In this document: positions 10,111 through 21,737 of the stretch, one piece after another | Position numbering within the stretch: position 1 is the first letter of the stretch | Layout: each line of letters opens with the position of its first letter | Assembly (NCBI RefSeq): GCF_055900595.2 | Contig: NZ_CM148325.1 | Length of the DNA stretch: 64,000 bases | Direction: 5' to 3' (one strand) | Notes under the pieces: generated by a model | Database searches by the model: none | What the model was told of the DNA's origin: nothing | Seen by the model: only the letters and a program-made list of their open reading frames with translations | Program-made: the position numbers and the translations under genes

Positions 10111-10755
10111 TCAGCCGGTGCGCAGACCGGCTTCGGTGAAGGTGTATTCGTTGATGAGAAGGGCCTCATCCACAGGGGCATCTGAGGTCAGCCTGTTGTG
10201 CTCGTTTTCCAGTTGACGGTACAGCCATAAGGCCAGGTCGCGCAGGGCTTCGCTGACAGCGGCTTCCGCATCTGTTGTCATAGTCTGACCAGTCGGACTG
10301 TTCCGGGTAACAGTGATATCCATGCTGTACGGATGGCAGTAGCGTCCCCGGCGGTGGATTTCAGCCTGCAGTTGCCAGAAGTTACGCTTCTGCACCGCCT
10401 GCAGGGCATCCGCGATACGATGGAGTTCATGCTCCTGTGGGGCATACTTCCGGATTATCCGGGCTGTCGCCGGCTGCCAGTGCCAGCGTCCTTCAAAACA
10501 GGCTCCGTCCCCCTGGCTGCAGCATCCGCTGAACCAGATGCACGGCTCTTCCATAAACCTGCCGTTGCTGAGCCGGAAAACGCGCTGGCGGAGGTCAATT
10601 CCGAAAATGTCACAGACCGCCCTGAAGTCCTCATACACGTTTTCATACCAGTTGCTGTCAGCATGATGCTGACGGTACCCGTCGCGGGCTTTTCCCCGTA
10701 CCGGGCAGGAAAGTTCATCCAGCGTATACACTGTGATGGTGATAATGCTGCTCAT
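10111..10755 (-). CDS. Hypothetical 214-aa protein inserted between the yeeT-like gene and cbeA; unrecognised family with Cys-rich central motif
   Basis: Clean 214-aa ORF in the same orientation, 18 bp after the yeeT-like stop and 50 bp before the cbeA start; central motif CIWFSGCCSQGDGACFEGRWHW. Confidence 0.55.
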   Translation of the reverse strand: MSSIITITVYTLDELSCPVRGKARDGYRQHHADSNWYENVYEDFRAVCDIFGIDLRQRVFRLSNGRFMEEPCIWFSGCCSQGDGACFEGRWHWQPATARIIRKYAPQEHELHRIADALQAVQKRNFWQLQAEIHRRGRYCHPYSMDITVTRNSPTGQTMTTDAEAAVSEALRDLALWLYRQLENEHNRLTSDAPVDEALLINEYTFTEAGLRTG

Positions 10756-10773
10756 CAGAATCCCCTTTCTGAT

Positions 10774-10995
10774 TCAGTTCAGGGTGACGCTCATCAGCCG
10801 GACATACGGGCCAAAACTGTCCTTACGGCGTTCAGCAAACACGGCCAGCACACCGGGAATATCCTGTACTTCACGACCGGTATACGTCTCAGCACTGCCG
10901 TGCCAGCGGTACTTACCGGTGCAGAACGGAAATAGACGGGATGCAGGATGCTGTTGGTGAATACGCATGGCTTCACCACGGGTGATAATTTTCAT
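10774..10995 (-). CDS. DUF987 family protein (YeeT-like)
   Basis: 73 aa, same length and position as yeeT in the CP4-44 module. Confidence 0.7.
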   Translation of the reverse strand: MKIITRGEAMRIHQQHPASRLFPFCTGKYRWHGSAETYTGREVQDIPGVLAVFAERRKDSFGPYVRLMSVTLN

Positions 10996-11408
10996 AATGG
11001 GATACCTCTGAAGACAGAAGATAAAAGTGAAAACAGGTGTGATGTGGTTGTGACGGGTTAAAGCAGACCATGTTCGGCAAAGGAGAAAACCTGGCTGCCA
11101 CCGACTATCAGATGGTCCGGCACCCGGATATCCACCAGGCCCAGTGCCTGTACCAGACGTTCCGTGATAAGGCGGTCTGCCTTGCTGGGTGTGACTTCAC
11201 CGGACGGGTGATTGTGCGCCAGCACCACGGCAGCGGCATTGTGGTACAGGGCGCGTTTAATCACTTCCCGGGGATGGACTTCCGTGCGGTTGATGGTGCC
11301 GGTGAAGAGGGTTTCACCGGCAATCAGCTGATTCTGGTTGTTCAGATACAGCACCCGGAATTCTTCACGCTCCAGTCCCGCCATGTTCAGAATCAGCCAT
11401 TGTAGTGG

Positions 11409-12659
<1,251 letters not shown>

Positions 12660-12810
12660 ATTCCCGTGCCGCATGCGTGGAGGTGAAGGCCACGCCGGGT
12701 TCATGAAGATGGCGGTCCAGGGCTTTCAGGGCCCGCTGAATGAGGCTGCGCTCTCTGGTTGTCATTTCTCCGGGCAGAAAGGAAATCTGTTGCATTGTTC
12801 CGGCCCCCTT

Positions 12811-13290
12811 TCAGTCAATGATGCGCATAATGGCGCTGCATTCCGGATGCTGCAGGGCGTAATCCCGCAGACGGTAATAATGAACCGTCATGGCATAACA
12901 CTCCGTACGGCAGGCGTGATGACTGTACGTCATCAGACAGGCAGCAATGCCGGCGGCTTCCGGGCTCATTTCAGCGCGGTTACCGTTCATGGCATTGAAC
13001 AGTACCCATGTTTCGTCATCATCATCATCCGGTTCGGGGGCCATAAATGCCCCGCCGTTGTTCAGGGTGTACAGATTCCAGATACCACCGCAGTAGTCTT
13101 CGCACAGACGGTCCATCCAGCCGAAGACACGGGGCTCCAGGGTCACCCACTGTGGAATGAGGCCAAAATGCTGCGGCCAGAAGCTGATGCGCTGTTCATC
13201 AGGGACGAGGCTGGCAACCAACTGAGGCGGATTATTCTCTGGTGTTGTAGCTGAATAAATTGTGGGGGTATTCTGAGAAACGGTTTTCAT
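12811..13290 (-). CDS. Antirestriction protein (ArdB/KlcA, YfjX-like)
   Basis: 159 aa with the acidic PEPDDDDDETW stretch typical of island antirestriction proteins. Confidence 0.7.
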   Translation of the reverse strand: MKTVSQNTPTIYSATTPENNPPQLVASLVPDEQRISFWPQHFGLIPQWVTLEPRVFGWMDRLCEDYCGGIWNLYTLNNGGAFMAPEPDDDDDETWVLFNAMNGNRAEMSPEAAGIAACLMTYSHHACRTECYAMTVHYYRLRDYALQHPECSAIMRIID

Positions 13291-13371
13291 GAGATAACGC
13301 CTTAAATAACAAATAAATGTGTGTTTTTCAGGAACGAAAGCTGAATGATTCCCTCACTCAGGGAAACGGCA

Positions 13372-14190
13372 TCAGCGCATGCTCTCCAGCAGCGTTTCTG
13401 CCATCACCCACAATGCGCGGTTGAGTTTTATATCGGTATCAATGCTGTGAATGGCCCGGGTATGGATACGTTTTCCTTTTGCACTGCGACCGGAAATCCC
13501 GCCTTTCAGCATATTCTCCTGGATGGTCTGATAAGCACTCCACAGGTCCTTACCGTAATCCTCCCGGCGTCGTGGTGTCAGAATGTCGGCGGTGGTGACG
13601 GGCTGATGTTCGTCACCATAACGGTAAGTCAGTGCCGCCTGTGCCAGCGCCTGGCGTGCCGGTGGCGGCAGGACCAGCGACTGCATGGCATCACGCTTCT
13701 CCTCTATCCGGTCAAACACGCCCACCACCTCGTAAGCCCCTTCAATGACTCTGTCCACCACATTTCCCCGGTGCGGAACACGCACTTCCCCCAGAGACTG
13801 ACCGCAGACGCATCCGTTCTGGCAGACGAACCTGAAGTAACCCGGCAGCATCTGGTAGCTGGAGGTACCGTCATGGGAGTTCAGCAGGATGATTTCAGGG
13901 ACATGTTGTCCGTTTATCTCCCCGTCACGGCGCAGACGCAGCATGTGTTTGGTATACCCCCGGCGGCCCGGGTCACGTACGCGGGTCTGGCAGGCGAAGA
14001 ATGGCTGAAAGCCTTCCCGCTGCAGGCTTTCCAGCACGGTGATGGTGGGGATGTATGTATAGTTCCGGCTCCGGGAGGTGTGTTTATCTTCCCCGAAAAT
14101 CCCGGGCACATGGTGCATCAGCTCTTCACGGGTCAGCGGACGGTCACGGCGTATCTGGTTCGCATAACCAAAACGACTGGCTAATCGCAT
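13372..14190 (-). CDS. DUF932 family protein (YfjQ-like)
   Basis: 272 aa; position and sequence consistent with yfjQ-type genes of CP4-57-like islands. Confidence 0.65.
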   Translation of the reverse strand: MRLASRFGYANQIRRDRPLTREELMHHVPGIFGEDKHTSRSRNYTYIPTITVLESLQREGFQPFFACQTRVRDPGRRGYTKHMLRLRRDGEINGQHVPEIILLNSHDGTSSYQMLPGYFRFVCQNGCVCGQSLGEVRVPHRGNVVDRVIEGAYEVVGVFDRIEEKRDAMQSLVLPPPARQALAQAALTYRYGDEHQPVTTADILTPRRREDYGKDLWSAYQTIQENMLKGGISGRSAKGKRIHTRAIHSIDTDIKLNRALWVMAETLLESMR

Positions 14191-14448
14191 ACTTTGCTCC
14201 TTATCAGTGGTTAAGACTGAATGACGTAATCAATGAAAAAGCCGCGTCTCACGGAGAAGACGCGGCCTGATGGATGAAATGAATGAGGGTTTACCGAAGC
14301 CCTTCAGCATTGTGGTGACGCAACCGGAAATGCGTTCCCTGATCATCTTCAATAAGCACATTGCGGTAAGCTGTTGTGACAGCCATCGCCTGTTCGCGTG
14401 AGAAAGGGCCTTCGGGCAATAAAACAGGGTGACAGTCCGACATACCGG

Positions 14449-15126
14449 CTATTTTCCGATAAATTCAACGCTGGCGCCGGTGGCATTACCGTCAGCACCA
14501 ACCGTGACGGTCACTTTGTCGTACGCACGGTCTTCAGGATTGAACACTTCAAACTCAACCTTATTGCCTTTTACTTCGTAAGAGCCAAAATCAGCGGTTT
14601 CTGTTATTTCCTCGTCATATTCCCGGGCGTATGCCTGCCGGGCAGCCTGCAGGACGGAATCTTTATTAATAGTGGTCGTCTGTTTCGGGGAAAAACCGGC
14701 AAGTGATGTGACAAATTTCGGACAGACCTTCAGCATATCACCGCGGGTGAATTCCATTCGTACACCAAATGCCTGTAAAACGGACACATCACGCTCTGCT
14801 ATGGAGTGAACGGCTTTTTTGACCATTTCCGGCGCCTGTCCGACTTCCACCTCAACAGCCCTGAATCCTGTCTGCTGATTACACATTTGTGATGTGGGGA
14901 TCAGGTTACCGTTAATGCTGATACGGTTGCCCAGGAGCGTCTGTACGCCATTCGGGCATCCCTGCATCAGGCCGGTAATACCAATCGTGCCATTTTTCAG
15001 CATTACCAGCGCCTGACCATCTTCCGTCATGGTCTGACACCAGCCGTTTTTGACAGCCCAGTTGCCGGCGGAGGCGGAGAATGATGCCACAGTGAACAGC
15101 AGGGGAAAAAGAATTCTGGTATTCAT
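14449..15126 (-). CDS. Hypothetical exported protein (signal peptide)
   Basis: 225 aa with N-terminal hydrophobic signal sequence; lies between the GTPase and DUF932 genes where other islands carry flu or yafY. Confidence 0.5.
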   Translation of the reverse strand: MNTRILFPLLFTVASFSASAGNWAVKNGWCQTMTEDGQALVMLKNGTIGITGLMQGCPNGVQTLLGNRISINGNLIPTSQMCNQQTGFRAVEVEVGQAPEMVKKAVHSIAERDVSVLQAFGVRMEFTRGDMLKVCPKFVTSLAGFSPKQTTTINKDSVLQAARQAYAREYDEEITETADFGSYEVKGNKVEFEVFNPEDRAYDKVTVTVGADGNATGASVEFIGK

Positions 15127-15244
15127 GACTGACCTCTGAAATTAAAGAGCGTGTTATTGATAATGACAGACGGTATACGGCAGTGGTTACCGTAATCCGT
15201 TGTCGTGTAAAGGTATACGGTTGCCACGGGGGACTCCGGAGCGT

Positions 15245-16129
15245 TCAGAACAGGTGATCCCACAGTGTGACCAGCAGGTGGATAATGCGGTCCCGGGTTT
15301 TGCGCAGAAGCTGTAACATCCAGGCCGGAAAACTGAAACGGGCAACGGCGTCGTCAAAACTTTTCCCGATGGTTTCACCAAAAGTCTGTTGTGCGTGTTT
15401 CTGGACCCGTTCAGAGCGGTTTTCCCCCCGGATATGTGAATAAACCGCGCTGGTTGCCTGTGGCGGCAGGGCGTGGATCATCAGTGACACCAGTGCCGGA
15501 ATATTCCAGCCGACAGGCGCGGCAACGGGGAGTACCGGAAATGATGAAGGGAACAGGGTTGCCACCCGGGCTGTCACCGTCGCCAGCGAGAGTTCCTGGT
15601 GACGGGACGGGCATTTTTCTGTGTCGTTCCATTCTTCAGCAGGAAATACGCGATCGGCATGGCTGAGAACAAACAGAAAACGCGAGGGATCTGCACCTTC
15701 ATTCAGTAAAAACTGATGCATGGCGATGTCGGCAGCATACGCACGTTCATCAGCCCGCAGGATCCAGATAATCAGATCCAGTTCGGGCAGTAACTGACTG
15801 TAAAGTGCCCGGTATTCCTGATCATGCTGTGGTGTTTCGCCAGTGCCGGGCAGATCGACCAGCGTCATTCTTCGTTCACCGGGCTGAAAGGTAAGACGAT
15901 GAGCCTGACGGGTGCAGCCGTTCAGCGGATGCGTGGCGCAGACACGGGACTGAAAAATGGCATTGCACAGGCTGCTTTTTCCGGCACCGGATTTACCCAT
16001 AATGCCAATCACGGGCTCGTAATGAATAACACTGTGGAGATGTTCAAGGATTTTCTGGCGAATTTCTTCAGGAAGAAACGTCAGATATGATTTCACTTGT
16101 GCGGAGAGGGAAGAATGGCTGAATGACAT
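15245..16129 (-). CDS. Island-encoded GTPase (YeeP/YfjP/YkfA family)
   Basis: 294 aa with P-loop GIMGKSGAGKSS and DLPG motif. Confidence 0.8.
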   Translation of the reverse strand: MSFSHSSLSAQVKSYLTFLPEEIRQKILEHLHSVIHYEPVIGIMGKSGAGKSSLCNAIFQSRVCATHPLNGCTRQAHRLTFQPGERRMTLVDLPGTGETPQHDQEYRALYSQLLPELDLIIWILRADERAYAADIAMHQFLLNEGADPSRFLFVLSHADRVFPAEEWNDTEKCPSRHQELSLATVTARVATLFPSSFPVLPVAAPVGWNIPALVSLMIHALPPQATSAVYSHIRGENRSERVQKHAQQTFGETIGKSFDDAVARFSFPAWMLQLLRKTRDRIIHLLVTLWDHLF

Positions 16130-16234
16130 ACCGGTATCCTGTTGATTTCACTGAACCGGATCACACTAATCCGGTTTATCATTCAGGTAATATGGGCGTG
16201 AAAAAATCTGGAGTGACAAAGTTCGGGAGGAGTG

Positions 16235-17185
16235 ATGGCATCACTGTCGATTAATACGCTACGCCGAATGAGCATTTGTAAAAGTCAGGCCTGGAAAGAT
16301 ACCCAGCGAATACTGAAGCGTAGTGGACTTGTGTACAGAGGGGAACGGTCAGAATCGTTTGATCCTGAGAAACATTTTAATCGTTATACGGTGCGTTATC
16401 TGTACCTGCTTAACATAATTGCGCTTAAGATAAGGTCGGTTAGTAAATTTTCCTGTTGGATCGAGGTGGGACAATGCCATCGTATGACTGGTAAACATTT
16501 ATCTCTTAATGCCCCGCCTTTTATGCTGATTCCGCGTAGTATCCGGAGAAAAGTGGATGGATTCAGACAGTCAAAAGGTGAAGCAACCCCAAAATCGGCT
16601 CAACCGTTCACGGGCAGTTTGTATGAGGTTTTGAGAAAGGAGAGCGATTCAGCTAAGCTGGACGCATGGATTGCTGAACTGCCTCTGAACTTGCAGGAGG
16701 AGGGAAAGGAAATCTCAGTCATGGGATTTAGTCCACGGGCTGTGGCCCGACCTGTTCTTCGGTCAGCATCCCCGACGTTTGAACTGTTTTATCAGGAGTA
16801 TCAATCCCTAAGATTAAAATCTGTTTTTAAATTTGAACCAAGATTTGAACAACTTTTAACAAGACTGAGCTTTAGAAAACAATCAATTCTCAGAAAACAA
16901 CAATACAGGGTTAAATCGCAATTACTGGAGAGACTGGGGAATGTGTTGTTTTTCACGTCGCTTTATAACCAGGGATGTTTAGAGGAGTTTATAAATGCAC
17001 TTGTGGAAAAGGAGGACATTTATCTGAAAATGTCCCCTGGGGAGGAAAAGGTGAAAGCACACCAGAAAATGGTTAACTACATTGAAGCGTTCTGCAACAA
17101 AATGACGGAAAAATACCTGATGCCCGCAGCAAGCAGACACTACAAAAAGAAGAAAATCGCCAGGAGCGAAAGTGGTGAAAGTTAA
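16235..17185 (+). CDS. Hypothetical protein, unrecognised family (AT-rich cargo gene A)
   Basis: Long ORF in a visibly AT-rich region; ATG 16235 preceded by GGGAGG at 16225-16230; no motif recognised. Confidence 0.55.
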   Translation: MASLSINTLRRMSICKSQAWKDTQRILKRSGLVYRGERSESFDPEKHFNRYTVRYLYLLNIIALKIRSVSKFSCWIEVGQCHRMTGKHLSLNAPPFMLIPRSIRRKVDGFRQSKGEATPKSAQPFTGSLYEVLRKESDSAKLDAWIAELPLNLQEEGKEISVMGFSPRAVARPVLRSASPTFELFYQEYQSLRLKSVFKFEPRFEQLLTRLSFRKQSILRKQQYRVKSQLLERLGNVLFFTSLYNQGCLEEFINALVEKEDIYLKMSPGEEKVKAHQKMVNYIEAFCNKMTEKYLMPAASRHYKKKKIARSESGES

Positions 17186-17970
17186 TCCAGTCTATCGTAC
17201 AGAATCAGTTGTTCCAGAATAGCCTGCTGTGTTGTTTTCCGCTCTCTGGTCAGTCTGTCCAGAGCGCTTTTTGCGGATGGCGATATCTTTACGTTGATTT
17301 GTACCCGTTTATCTTTTTTTCCATCGATAAACTGTTTTCTGAATGCATTGTGCATCTTGTCGAAAAATCTTTCTTTTGCAGCGAATCCTAGGTGAAATTC
17401 TTTTGGCGTCAGTAAACAGGGTGTGTCTGTGGGGAATAACATTTTTAGTAAAACTACAATGGCAATATATCTTTCGTTATCATTTACAGGATTAAACCAG
17501 GAAAGATATGTGGGTGAGATACGTGCATCAATATATTCCCATGCCCATTTCAGTTGTTCGGTATTCTTTTTAAGCCATTTGGCTTCGTTTCTCTTTTCGA
17601 GTCCCAGCCAGTTTTGATGCATTATTGAGATAATCCGATCTGCTTCCCCATAAAGGATTAACGCATTAATCCATTTCCCTATAACATTCAGTCGTGTTTC
17701 ATGACTTGAAGGAATAATTGTCATGGGGTTATCCTTCATAACGATCACCCCCTTCAAGGCAGAGTTGAACTCAGATTCATTATTAAGTTTAAGTTTTTCG
17801 GGAACTGTATGAGACATAATTAACCAGAACCAGAATGCTGCAATTTCATTTTTTCTGATCCATTCAGGTATGTGATTATCTGCCAGATTATTATCATTCA
17901 ATAAATGCTCGGTTGTTTTATTTTTCCAGTCATATCTATTCACGTTATAACCGCCTTTATATTGTTTCAT
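17182..17970 (-). CDS. Hypothetical protein with C-terminal ribbon-helix-helix-like DNA-binding domain (AT-rich cargo gene B)
   Basis: Start at ATG 17968-17970 with GAGG upstream; the track ORF extends to 18057; C-terminus RVQINVKISPSAKSALDRLTRERKTTQQAILEQLI looks like an RHH fold; stop overlaps the gene A stop by 4 bp. Confidence 0.55.
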   Translation of the reverse strand: MKQYKGGYNVNRYDWKNKTTEHLLNDNNLADNHIPEWIRKNEIAAFWFWLIMSHTVPEKLKLNNESEFNSALKGVIVMKDNPMTIIPSSHETRLNVIGKWINALILYGEADRIISIMHQNWLGLEKRNEAKWLKKNTEQLKWAWEYIDARISPTYLSWFNPVNDNERYIAIVVLLKMLFPTDTPCLLTPKEFHLGFAAKERFFDKMHNAFRKQFIDGKKDKRVQINVKISPSAKSALDRLTRERKTTQQAILEQLILYDRLD

Positions 17971-18595
17971 CTGATTACGCCTCAATCGTTTTCTTTTCTG
18001 GTGATTTTCACCATCACATGTCAGTTGTATATGCAAGGGGATCAATAAAAATATCACCCTGCAAGCACTTCAAAGCTGATTATGGGGATATTCTAGAACT
18101 ATTCACAAAACTATTCCAGACATATCAAGAACTATTTCTTGACCTATTCATAATAAAATAAAACATGCTATCAACTACGGCTCATATTCTCCTTGGGGGT
18201 GTCGTTGTACTGTTCGACTGTTCTTGTGGTCAGATTAACAATCTGAAGAGTAAAAGCGACAGTAATCTGTCTGTTATAGTGGCGATAAAAACACTGAATG
18301 CGCATCCTGTATGTGAAATCCTGTCATGTAGAGCAGTAAGCAATGACAGACATGCATGTTATATGTGAAGGGGGCCGGGAGACGACATAATCAGTATGGC
18401 TGTCATTCTGGTTGTAAAACGCGATCACTTTCCGGGGGTAAAAGATGATATGGAGGTTGACAAACGGTTTGCTTCGGATTGTCTTTTCTGGGGCCTGAAA
18501 TACGAGGGCAGAAAAATAATTCCAGAGTAAATCTGCTCTGTTTTTAGGACAGAAAACTCCATGCTGGCTGTAAAAGTGAAAAATTAACACCCAGT

Positions 18596-19925
18596 ACTGA
18601 TGAATCCCCTAATGATTTTTATCAAAATCATTAAGTTAAGGTAGATACACATCTTGTCATATGATCAAATGGTTTCGCCAAAAATCAATAATCAGACAAC
18701 AAAATGTGCGAACTCGATATTTTACACGACTCTCTTTACCAATTCTGCCCCGAATTACACTTAAAACGACTCAACAGCTTAACGTTGGCTTGCCACGCCT
18801 TACTTGACTGTAAAACTCTCACTCTTACCGAACTTGGCCGTAACCTGCCAACCAAAGCGAGAACAAAACATAACATCAAACGAATCGACCGATTGTTAGG
18901 TAATCGTCACCTCCACAAAGAGCGACTCGCTGTATACCGTTGGCATGCTAGCTTTATCTGTTCGGGCAATACGATGCCCATTGTACTTGTTGACTGGTCT
19001 GATATCCGTGAGCAAAAACGGCTTATGGTATTGCGAGCTTCAGTCGCACTACACGGTCGTTCTGTTACTCTTTATGAGAAAGCGTTCCCGCTTTCAGAGC
19101 AATGTTCAAAGAAAGCTCATGACCAATTTCTAGCCGACCTTGCGAGCATTCTACCGAGTAACACCACACCGCTCATTGTCAGTGATGCTGGCTTTAAAGT
19201 GCCATGGTATAAATCCGTTGAGAAGCTGGGTTGGTACTGGTTAAGTCGAGTAAGAGGAAAAGTACAATATGCAGACCTAGGAGCGGAAAACTGGAAACCT
19301 ATCAGCAACTTACATGATATGTCATCTAGTCACTCAAAGACTTTAGGCTATAAGAGGCTGACTAAAAGCAATCCAATCTCATGCCAAATTCTATTGTATA
19401 AATCTCGCTCTAAAGGCCGAAAAAATCAGCGCTCGACACGGACTCATTGTCACCACCCGTCACCTAAAATCTACTCAGCGTCGGCAAAGGAGCCATGGAT
19501 TCTAGCAACTAACTTACCTGTTGAAATTCGAACACCCAAACAACTTGTTAATATCTATTCGAAGCGAATGCAGATTGAAGAAACCTTCCGAGACTTGAAA
19601 AGTCCTGCCTACGGACTAGGCCTACGCCATAGCCGAACGAGCAGCTCAGAGCGTTTTGATATCATGCTGCTAATCGCCCTGATGCTTCAACTAACATGTT
19701 GGCTTGCGGGCGTTCATGCTCAGAAACAAGGTTGGGACAAGCACTTCCAGGCTAACACAGTCAGAAATCGAAACGTACTCTCAACAGTTCGCTTAGGCAT
19801 GGAAGTTTTGCGGCATTCTGGCTACACAATAACAAGGGAAGACTCACTCGTGGCTGCAACCCTGCTTACTCAAAATCTATTCACACATGGTTACGTTTTG
19901 GGGAAATTATGAGGGGATCTCTCAG
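18596..19925 (+). mobile_element. IS10 (IS4 family), copy 1
   Basis: Outside end CTGATGAATCCCCTAATGATTTT at 18596; inside end ...GGGGATCTCTCAG at 19925; flanked by 9-bp direct repeat CACCCAGTA (18587-18595 and 19926-19934). Confidence 0.95.
18704..19912 (+). CDS. IS10 transposase
   Basis: 402 aa; matches the Tn10/IS10 transposase sequence from memory. Confidence 0.95.
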   Translation: MCELDILHDSLYQFCPELHLKRLNSLTLACHALLDCKTLTLTELGRNLPTKARTKHNIKRIDRLLGNRHLHKERLAVYRWHASFICSGNTMPIVLVDWSDIREQKRLMVLRASVALHGRSVTLYEKAFPLSEQCSKKAHDQFLADLASILPSNTTPLIVSDAGFKVPWYKSVEKLGWYWLSRVRGKVQYADLGAENWKPISNLHDMSSSHSKTLGYKRLTKSNPISCQILLYKSRSKGRKNQRSTRTHCHHPSPKIYSASAKEPWILATNLPVEIRTPKQLVNIYSKRMQIEETFRDLKSPAYGLGLRHSRTSSSERFDIMLLIALMLQLTCWLAGVHAQKQGWDKHFQANTVRNRNVLSTVRLGMEVLRHSGYTITREDSLVAATLLTQNLFTHGYVLGKL

Positions 19926-21005
19926 CACCCAGTATGTATGGAAGTCTGAAGATGTTGAGAATGTCGGTATGATACTATATACACATATTTTACTAAGTAT
20001 TTTTACTAAGCATTTCAGTAAGTGTTATACACGTATTTTCTACTAAGTGTTTTACCAGACATACACGTGTTTTCATAAACAGCCCTATAAGTGTTTTCAT
20101 TAAGCATTGCTGTACACATTGCTTTGTCTGAAACACATCCAGTTTAGTAAATCTTTACGTTAGCTAAAATCAGTTTAAAGCTGCTGTAAAACCTTTCTGT
20201 TTAAGCAATCAATCTGCTATTCGATTTTACTGATGTTGCGTTTAACCTTTTCTGAGATTTCGAGTTTCGACGTTAGCATGAGAAAAGTATCTTTACGCTA
20301 AATCAACCCGAACTTTCCTGAAGTAATCTGACGTTTTTTTCGATGTGCTTACGACGATTCTGTTAAACGACTTTCTGGATGTTTTGATAACAATCAGATT
20401 GAGGCATTAACGATTCCTGACGTTTTCTTTTCCGTGTAAGGTCATTCTTTTTGTCATGAGGTTTCTTCTTGCATTGCGAAAGTGTGATGAACGGTTTTGG
20501 TGTTTTTGATTCAGATAAGGTTTACGTTATCGATGGTTAACCGTTTTTATGGTGCGTAGTGAAACGTAACTTTTTCAGGATGAGAAAATCGATTCTGATG
20601 TTGGTGATTTTTGTTCTTGTGGCGGGGTTTATCTGTAAACAGGTTTTAAACGTGTCATTCACATCCGTGATTGAGTTGTGTGATTAAGCTGTAGGTTTTG
20701 GGGTTGTTGTTGATTTGCATTACCAGGAAGCGTTCTGGTTGCGTTTCTGGTGTTTTGTTCGAATGTTCTGTGGATCCTTTTCCCTTCTGACTTTTCTCGT
20801 TGTCCATGTCGTTTTTAAATCCATTCGCTGTTCTTGAGTGTTTTTACCCTGCGTGTAGAATTATCTTTTCGTTCCGGGATGGTTTGTTCCGTTTCAATCA
20901 CTCTTAATCAGAGAGTTGTAGCATTGCTCAATGCCGGATGCCGTAAAGTTTTACCGCGGTGATTAATGATGTGAAGTCAATCCAAATCAACGGAGATCTC
21001 TCATC

Positions 21006-21737
21006 ATGAATCAACCAATACACAATGCTTACTGGTTATCCCGTTTTGAAAGTATTCTCAACAGTGCCCTGGCGCAGCACCGTGCCGTCTCGTTAATCCG
21101 GGTGGATTTACGTTTCCCTGAGTATATGCCTGCCACCATCATGGATACCGATTTAGATTCAGCGGTGATTTCTCGTTTTTTTGCATCCCTGAAAGCAAAA
21201 ATTCAGGCTTACCAGCGACATAAACGACGTGCCAACAAGCGTGTGCGTGCAACCACTCTGCGTTATTTCTGGTGTCGGGAGTTTGGCAAGGAAAAAGGCA
21301 GGAAACATTATCACGTGATATTACTGCTCAACAAAGATACCTGGTGCTCGCCAGGGGATTTCACCGTTCCTTCTTCGCTGGCGACACTGATCAAGCTGGC
21401 ATGGTGTAGTGCTCTGCATCTTGAGCCCTGGCAGGGTAATGGACTGGTTCATTTTTCCAGGCGGACGCCTTTCCGTAAACCGACATCATCTGATGCTCGC
21501 CCTTCTTCCGATGATACGCCTTTGTCGGGTGGATGTTCTGATACCAGGAAGGCTTCAGACAAAAAGCCGGGTGAAGCCGCTGTTCTCTGGATCAAGCGTG
21601 GTGATGTGGAAGCGCTGCAGAAAGCCCGGAACAGAGCCAGTTATCTCGTGAAATATGAGACGAAGCAGCATGACGGTTCCGGGCAACGTAATTATGGTTG
21701 CAGTCGTGGGCCGGGGCGTCTGCTGGATGGCAGGTGA
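21006..21737 (+). CDS. YagK/YfjJ family protein (inovirus Gp2-like domain)
   Basis: 243 aa with the RVDLRFP motif typical of YfjJ-like island proteins. Confidence 0.65.
   Translation: MNQPIHNAYWLSRFESILNSALAQHRAVSLIRVDLRFPEYMPATIMDTDLDSAVISRFFASLKAKIQAYQRHKRRANKRVRATTLRYFWCREFGKEKGRKHYHVILLLNKDTWCSPGDFTVPSSLATLIKLAWCSALHLEPWQGNGLVHFSRRTPFRKPTSSDARPSSDDTPLSGGCSDTRKASDKKPGEAAVLWIKRGDVEALQKARNRASYLVKYETKQHDGSGQRNYGCSRGPGRLLDGR

Noticed and set aside
10333-10935. 200-aa plus-strand ORF overlapping the 214-aa gene and the yeeT-like gene
   Set aside because: It is antisense to a compact co-oriented operon with proper spacing; the minus-strand genes are better supported.
18165-18590. Small ORFs (18165-18368 plus strand, 18324-18590 minus strand) between gene B and IS10
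   Set aside because: No RBS or recognisable motifs; the region more likely holds the promoter and operator repeats for gene B.
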